Shown: one piece after another, positions 60,008-64,000 of the stretch
Layout: every line of letters begins with the position of its first letter
How positions within the stretch are numbered: the stretch's first letter is position 1
Source of the DNA: an uncultured delta proteobacterium
Lineage (GTDB): Bacteria; Myxococcota_A; Polyangia; Polyangiales; Polyangiaceae
Assembly: GCA_963806225.1 (NCBI GenBank)
Contig: CAWDXG010000004.1
Location: 608,001 to 672,000, forward strand
Direction of reading: 5' to 3'
DNA length: 64,000 nucleotides
Notes under the pieces: model-generated
Told to the model about the DNA's origin: nothing
The model's input: only the letters and a program-made list of their open reading frames with translations
Database searches by the model: none
Translations under genes and position numbers: made by a program

Positions 60008-61431
60008 GCCTCACTCCGGGGTCTCCCGCGTGACAGTCTCAGCGCTCTGACCAGCAACAGCACGAACAGGAGCGCCGCCAGCGCCAACGCGACATAGTAG
60101 CCGCGGCGCTGCACCGCCATTGCGTGCCGCGCCCTGGCCACCGCGTTCTTCGCCGCGTCGGCTTCGCGCTTCGCAATCGCTGCTTGCTCGCGCAGCTGCA
60201 CCAGGTCAAGCGCGTGCGTCGAGACGCGCAGATTCTGCTTGGCTGTCGTCAACTTGTTCAGGGCGAAGTCGGCATCGGGCACGTACAGGCCGGCCCGCTT
60301 GGCCAGGGTCACTTCGACGACCGCCGCGTGCTGCTCCTTGTTCACCGAGTCGAAGAGCTGGGAGATCTCGGAGGCAATCGCCCGCTGCTTCTTGTCCTTG
60401 CTATGGCACTTGCTGCACGCCGAATCCGGAGCCATCCCCGCAGTCCAGCTCGTCGCGACAACGTCGTGATGGCCGTGGCAGGGCAGACAGTCCGCCAGGC
60501 CGCGGTCCTGGAAGGCGCGTGCGTGGGGGCTCTTTAGAAGGAACTTCTTCTCCTCGGTGTGGCAGTAGTCGCACGCGGCGGTGACGGAAGGCGTGCCGGG
60601 ATGCGTGCCGGCGTGCGGGCCGTGGCAGCCGATGCAGTTCGGTGCGGCGGCGCTGCCACTGGCGAAGGCCTTGCCATGCGTGCTGTGCTTCCACTTCTCG
60701 ACCATGTCGGTCGGGATGTCGTACGGCGCCATGTGCTTCTTGTTGGCATGACAGCCGCCGCACAGCCGCACGATGTTCTGCCGGTTCACCGTGGAACGCG
60801 GCGACGACGGAGCGAGGATGTTGTGGATGCCGTGACAATCGCTGCACGTCGGCGCGCCCTGGTCCCCGGCGGCCGTCAGCTTGCCATGCATGCTGAGCTT
60901 GTAGAGGGTGTACTCGTCGACCGGCAGCTTGGCGTTGAAGCTGCGGATGAAGCTGGGCTTCTCGTGACAGCCGCCGCAGATGCCCGCAATCTGGTCGTGC
61001 TGCGGATGCGCGATGAAACCGCGTGCCAGATCGTGCGCCTTCACGGTCGGGTCGGTCGGGTCACCCTTGTGGCAGCCCGCACAACCGATGCGCGCGTCGC
61101 GGTGGGCGCTCTCCTGGTACTGCTCGGCCACACGCCGGAGCTTCTTGTCCGGGAGACTCAGGTGGCAGGTCAGGCAGGTGTTCGTGTCGCGTTGCGCGCG
61201 GCCGTGCCGCGGCCCGGCGGGCGAACCGCCGATCAGAGCCAGCGACGTGACGGGCGATGCACCGGCGTCTGCGGAGGCGGCGGGCTTCGGGACCTTGCCC
61301 GCCGCCGGCTTCGCCTTCGGCTGGGCCGCGCCCGCCTTGGGAGCAGCAGGCGCGGCCCAGCCGTTCGAGGCGCCCAGCATGAGCACCACGACGACCGCGA
61401 GCACCGAGGACAATAGCCTAGAAGAGGACAT
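60004..61431 (-). CDS. nine-heme cytochrome c with signal peptide and C-terminal TM anchor
   Basis: CLTCH, CAGCH, CGGCH, CSDCH, CGGCH, CIGCH, CDYCH, CLPCH and CSKCH, then a helical region and YYVALALAALLFVLLLV. Confidence 0.92.
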   Translation of the reverse strand: MSSSRLLSSVLAVVVVLMLGASNGWAAPAAPKAGAAQPKAKPAAGKVPKPAASADAGASPVTSLALIGGSPAGPRHGRAQRDTNTCLTCHLSLPDKKLRRVAEQYQESAHRDARIGCAGCHKGDPTDPTVKAHDLARGFIAHPQHDQIAGICGGCHEKPSFIRSFNAKLPVDEYTLYKLSMHGKLTAAGDQGAPTCSDCHGIHNILAPSSPRSTVNRQNIVRLCGGCHANKKHMAPYDIPTDMVEKWKHSTHGKAFASGSAAAPNCIGCHGPHAGTHPGTPSVTAACDYCHTEEKKFLLKSPHARAFQDRGLADCLPCHGHHDVVATSWTAGMAPDSACSKCHSKDKKQRAIASEISQLFDSVNKEQHAAVVEVTLAKRAGLYVPDADFALNKLTTAKQNLRVSTHALDLVQLREQAAIAKREADAAKNAVARARHAMAVQRRGYYVALALAALLFVLLLVRALRLSRGRPRSEA

Positions 61432-62452
61432 CGAGAGTTAGCACCAGCCAGATCACCAGAAGCGTGAGCGCCGCCCAGAAGCTGAACCGCGAGCCGCGCT
61501 TGTCCACGAACGGCAGGGCCACGAGGCCAAGCACCACGAGGCTCAGACCGCCGCCGACGAACTTGGACCCCTCGACACCGAGCAGATGTGCCGGCGTCAC
61601 TTTCAGGATCTGATGCAGGAACAGGAAGTACCAGGGAGGCGCGATGCCGGCCGGCGCCGGCAACGTCGGATTGGCCGCTACGCCAAGCGCTGGCTCCTTG
61701 AACGTGGCCAGCGTGATGACGAGCACAAGCGCGCCCGTACACAGCACCGCAAGGCGCACCGCGAAGTCCGGGAAGAGCGGGACCCTGGGCTCGTCCACCA
61801 CCGGGGCGCCCGCCGCGCGCGTGGAGCGGATCACGAAGAACACGTGCAACGCGATGATCAGCGTCACCGTGGCCGGCAACACGCCCACGTGGAAGCCGAA
61901 AGCGTGGTGCAGGGTCCAGTTGCTGACTTCTTCGCCGCCGCGCAGGAAGCGCTCGAGGAAGTGCCCGATGAGCGGCGTCTCGCCCGCCATCTTGCTGCTG
62001 ACAAGCGCCTGGAGGTAGGCGTTCTGGTTCCAGGGCAGGATGGCGCCCGTGAAGGCCATGCCGACGCCGAGCCCCAGGAGGACCAACCCGCTCAGCCAGA
62101 CCAGCTCCCGCGGCGGCGTGAAGCGCCTGAGCAGCATCATCGAGAAGATCTGCGCTCCCAGAACCACCACGAACAGGTGGCTCGCCCACAGGTGCACGCC
62201 GCGGACGAGACTGCCGTAGGGAACGCGGCCGACGATGTTGATGATCGACGCGTGCGCCTCCGTCGGGCTGGGGCGATAGGGCAGCAGCAGCAGGATCCCG
62301 CTCAGGACCTGGACCAGGAACAGGAACAGCAACAGGCCGCCGAGGTAGTGCGTCGGCGTGTTCCTCGGCACCAGACGCTCCCGCGCGCGGTCGCGCAGGG
62401 CACTCGTGCCCAGTCGTTCCGAAAACCACCGGCTTACGCTTCTCGGGATCAC
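61418..62452 (-). CDS. cytochrome b subunit of a Rieske/cytochrome b complex
   Basis: YLGGL..FLVQVLSG..L..Y.P, RGVH.W, PRELVWLSG, FTG.ILPWNQ, helix D His pair 15 residues apart, and PPWYF. Confidence 0.9.
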   Translation of the reverse strand: MIPRSVSRWFSERLGTSALRDRARERLVPRNTPTHYLGGLLLFLFLVQVLSGILLLLPYRPSPTEAHASIINIVGRVPYGSLVRGVHLWASHLFVVVLGAQIFSMMLLRRFTPPRELVWLSGLVLLGLGVGMAFTGAILPWNQNAYLQALVSSKMAGETPLIGHFLERFLRGGEEVSNWTLHHAFGFHVGVLPATVTLIIALHVFFVIRSTRAAGAPVVDEPRVPLFPDFAVRLAVLCTGALVLVITLATFKEPALGVAANPTLPAPAGIAPPWYFLFLHQILKVTPAHLLGVEGSKFVGGGLSLVVLGLVALPFVDKRGSRFSFWAALTLLVIWLVLTLDVLF

Positions 62453-62459
62453 GGGGGAC

Positions 62460-62906
62460 TCAAGCCTGGCTAGCGGTGACCATGCCCTGGACCACGCTCA
62501 CTTCCACCTCTTTGAGTGGACGCGGCGGTGGCCCCGAAATGTTCTTCCCCTCCAGCGAATAGACGCCCCCGTGGCACGGGCACTCGATCTGCTTGTGCGC
62601 TGCCGAATAGGCGACGATGCAGTTCAGATGCGTGCAGAGCGCCACGAATCCACGGAAGTCCCCGTTTTCCGTCCGGATCACGAGCACCGGGTCACCACCG
62701 AGCATCACCATGCGGCTGGAGCCACGCGGAAACTTCTCGGCCTTGCCGACCTGGACCGCGGTCGGCGCCGTCGACTCCATCGGCTGCACGAACTTGACGA
62801 CCGGATAGATCGCCATCACGCCGAGAGCGGCGGCAGTCCCGCCGATCGCATAGCCGAGGAAGTCGCGGCGCTCTGTGGCCTTGTCGTCCTGGTCGTCGTC
62901 GCCCAT
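62460..62906 (-). CDS. Rieske 2Fe-2S protein with Tat signal/anchor
   Basis: ERRDFL twin-arginine motif, CTHLNC, CPCHGGVY and GPPPRPL. Confidence 0.95.
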   Translation of the reverse strand: MGDDDQDDKATERRDFLGYAIGGTAAALGVMAIYPVVKFVQPMESTAPTAVQVGKAEKFPRGSSRMVMLGGDPVLVIRTENGDFRGFVALCTHLNCIVAYSAAHKQIECPCHGGVYSLEGKNISGPPPRPLKEVEVSVVQGMVTASQA

Positions 62907-63133
62907 CGCTTGATCCGTTCAGTGTGCGCTTTGCACATAGCGGACCCCGCCCGGCGTGTATCTGATGGCCGTCATCTTTGCGCGATCCTTTCGCCGACAG
63001 CGCGCCGAGTGCGCGCAACGCTGGCGGGTTGCGACGTGGAAGGCCCCCCCTCGTCGTAGGCTCACGGTGGCAGAACGCGCAGCGACGCCGCACCGAATGC
63101 GTACATATTGCGCGCGGACCGGGCGACCCGGCG

Positions 63134-63149
63134 ACAATTGCGCAATTGT
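63134..63149. promoter_or_regulatory. perfect 16-bp palindrome, candidate transcription factor or enhancer site
   Basis: ACAATTGCGCAATTGT is its own reverse complement and is AT-rich against a GC-rich background. Confidence 0.6.
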
Positions 63150-63253
63150 GCGGGTGGGCGTGCACGTATTCCGCGCACGATCGGATCGCCGCGCATGTAT
63201 GGGTCCCGAAGCGACGCGGCCCGCGGCGCGTTTGCTGCTCGTGCGCCCGTCCA

Positions 63254-63269
63254 TGGCACAGCCGTTGCA
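63254..63269 (+). promoter_or_regulatory. sigma54 (-24/-12) promoter
   Basis: TGGCACAGCCGTTGCA matches TGGCACR-N4-TTGCW exactly and ends 84 bp upstream of ATG 63353. Confidence 0.7.
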
Positions 63270-63352
63270 GCCGGTCGGGCGGTTCCCTTGCTCCTGCCCC
63301 CCCTTCGAGCAGCGGTACCGGTGGCTTCATCCTCCTGGCCAATGACTGGTAC

Positions 63353-64000
63353 ATGAGCATTCCGCGTCGAGGAAATGTTCCGATCGTGCCGCGCCTTGCG
63401 GCGATCGTTCTTGCGTCTTCTGCAGTGGTTGCCTGCGGGCACGCGGAGCCCGCGCCACCCAAGGACCCGCCCAAGGCGCCCACCTCCGCTGCCGCGATCC
63501 CCGTCGCACCGTTGAGCGGAAAGCTGCTCGGCGAGCCGTTCTCCATCAAGAGCGCTCGCTACTACGTGGACCAGCGTCCGGGCTACCAGAAGATCATCAT
63601 CAAGCTGTACGAGGTGGAGTCGTCCACCCCGTGCAAGGACTTGACGCCGCTCAAGGCGCCCGAGGTCTGGCTCCGCCACGACGGCCCGGAGCGCGTCAAG
63701 ACGGGGCAGACCGCCATCGACCTCGACGGCAAGGCTCCCTGGCAGCTCCACTACCAGATCCAGAAGGACGGGCGCTGGGTCGGCAACGGCGCCGCCCGCG
63801 CCCTGTTCGTGATCACCCAGGTCGACCCGGACATGAAGGTGCACGGCGAGCTGAGCGGTTGCTTCCGGGACGCCGCCGGCAGCTGCGTGGCGGGACGATT
63901 CGTCGCCAACTACTGCCGCATCTGGATCGACTCGCCCGTGCGCGGCTCCGATGTGATGGAGCATCCGACCAGGAACATGCCGAAGGACACGCCCGATGTC
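63353..64000 (+). CDS. hypothetical lipoprotein (partial, runs off the window end)
   Basis: Open frame from ATG 63353: MSIPRRG..LAAIVLASSAVVA-C lipobox, Pro-rich linker, beta-rich Cys-containing domain; absent from the ORF track because there is no stop in the window. Confidence 0.75.
   Translation, partial: MSIPRRGNVPIVPRLAAIVLASSAVVACGHAEPAPPKDPPKAPTSAAAIPVAPLSGKLLGEPFSIKSARYYVDQRPGYQKIIIKLYEVESSTPCKDLTPLKAPEVWLRHDGPERVKTGQTAIDLDGKAPWQLHYQIQKDGRWVGNGAARALFVITQVDPDMKVHGELSGCFRDAAGSCVAGRFVANYCRIWIDSPVRGSDVMEHPTRNMPKDTPDV

Overview
High-GC bacterial chromosome segment, most likely from a myxobacterium (Myxococcota, Polyangiales-like). This is inferred from the Hanks-type kinase/TPR pair, Gly-rich Cys-rich lipoproteins, a myxobacterial PilZ-like domain and SVPP-type low-complexity segments. 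Most of the window is housekeeping: purD, ddl, purA-hisZ, obgE, prs-rplY-pth-rpsF-rpsR-rplI-dnaB, a heterotetrameric 2-oxoacid dehydrogenase cluster with lipA, mtnA, gatB, a partial complex I cluster (nuoABCD-G-H-I), mutY-mutT and a solo aceE. I see no rRNA, tRNA, CRISPR array, transposase, integrase or prophage gene. The most interesting locus is a tightly coupled four-gene operon at 57803-62906 (minus strand): a Tat-exported low-potential-type Rieske protein, a cytochrome b with a His-to-Gln change at a heme bH ligand position and PPWY in place of PEWY, a membrane-anchored 9-heme cytochrome c, and a 734-aa membrane-anchored cytochrome c with 33 CxxCH motifs plus one CX3CH. Next to it are a perfect sigma54 promoter consensus and a 16-bp palindrome. 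Other points of note are a NuoH with a 151-aa four-helix insertion, a histone H1-like fusion protein, a lipoprotein with GGSGF tandem repeats, and two single-base frameshifts (nuoG and a CPBP protease) that may be sequencing errors. All calls come from reading motifs by eye. No database searches were run.
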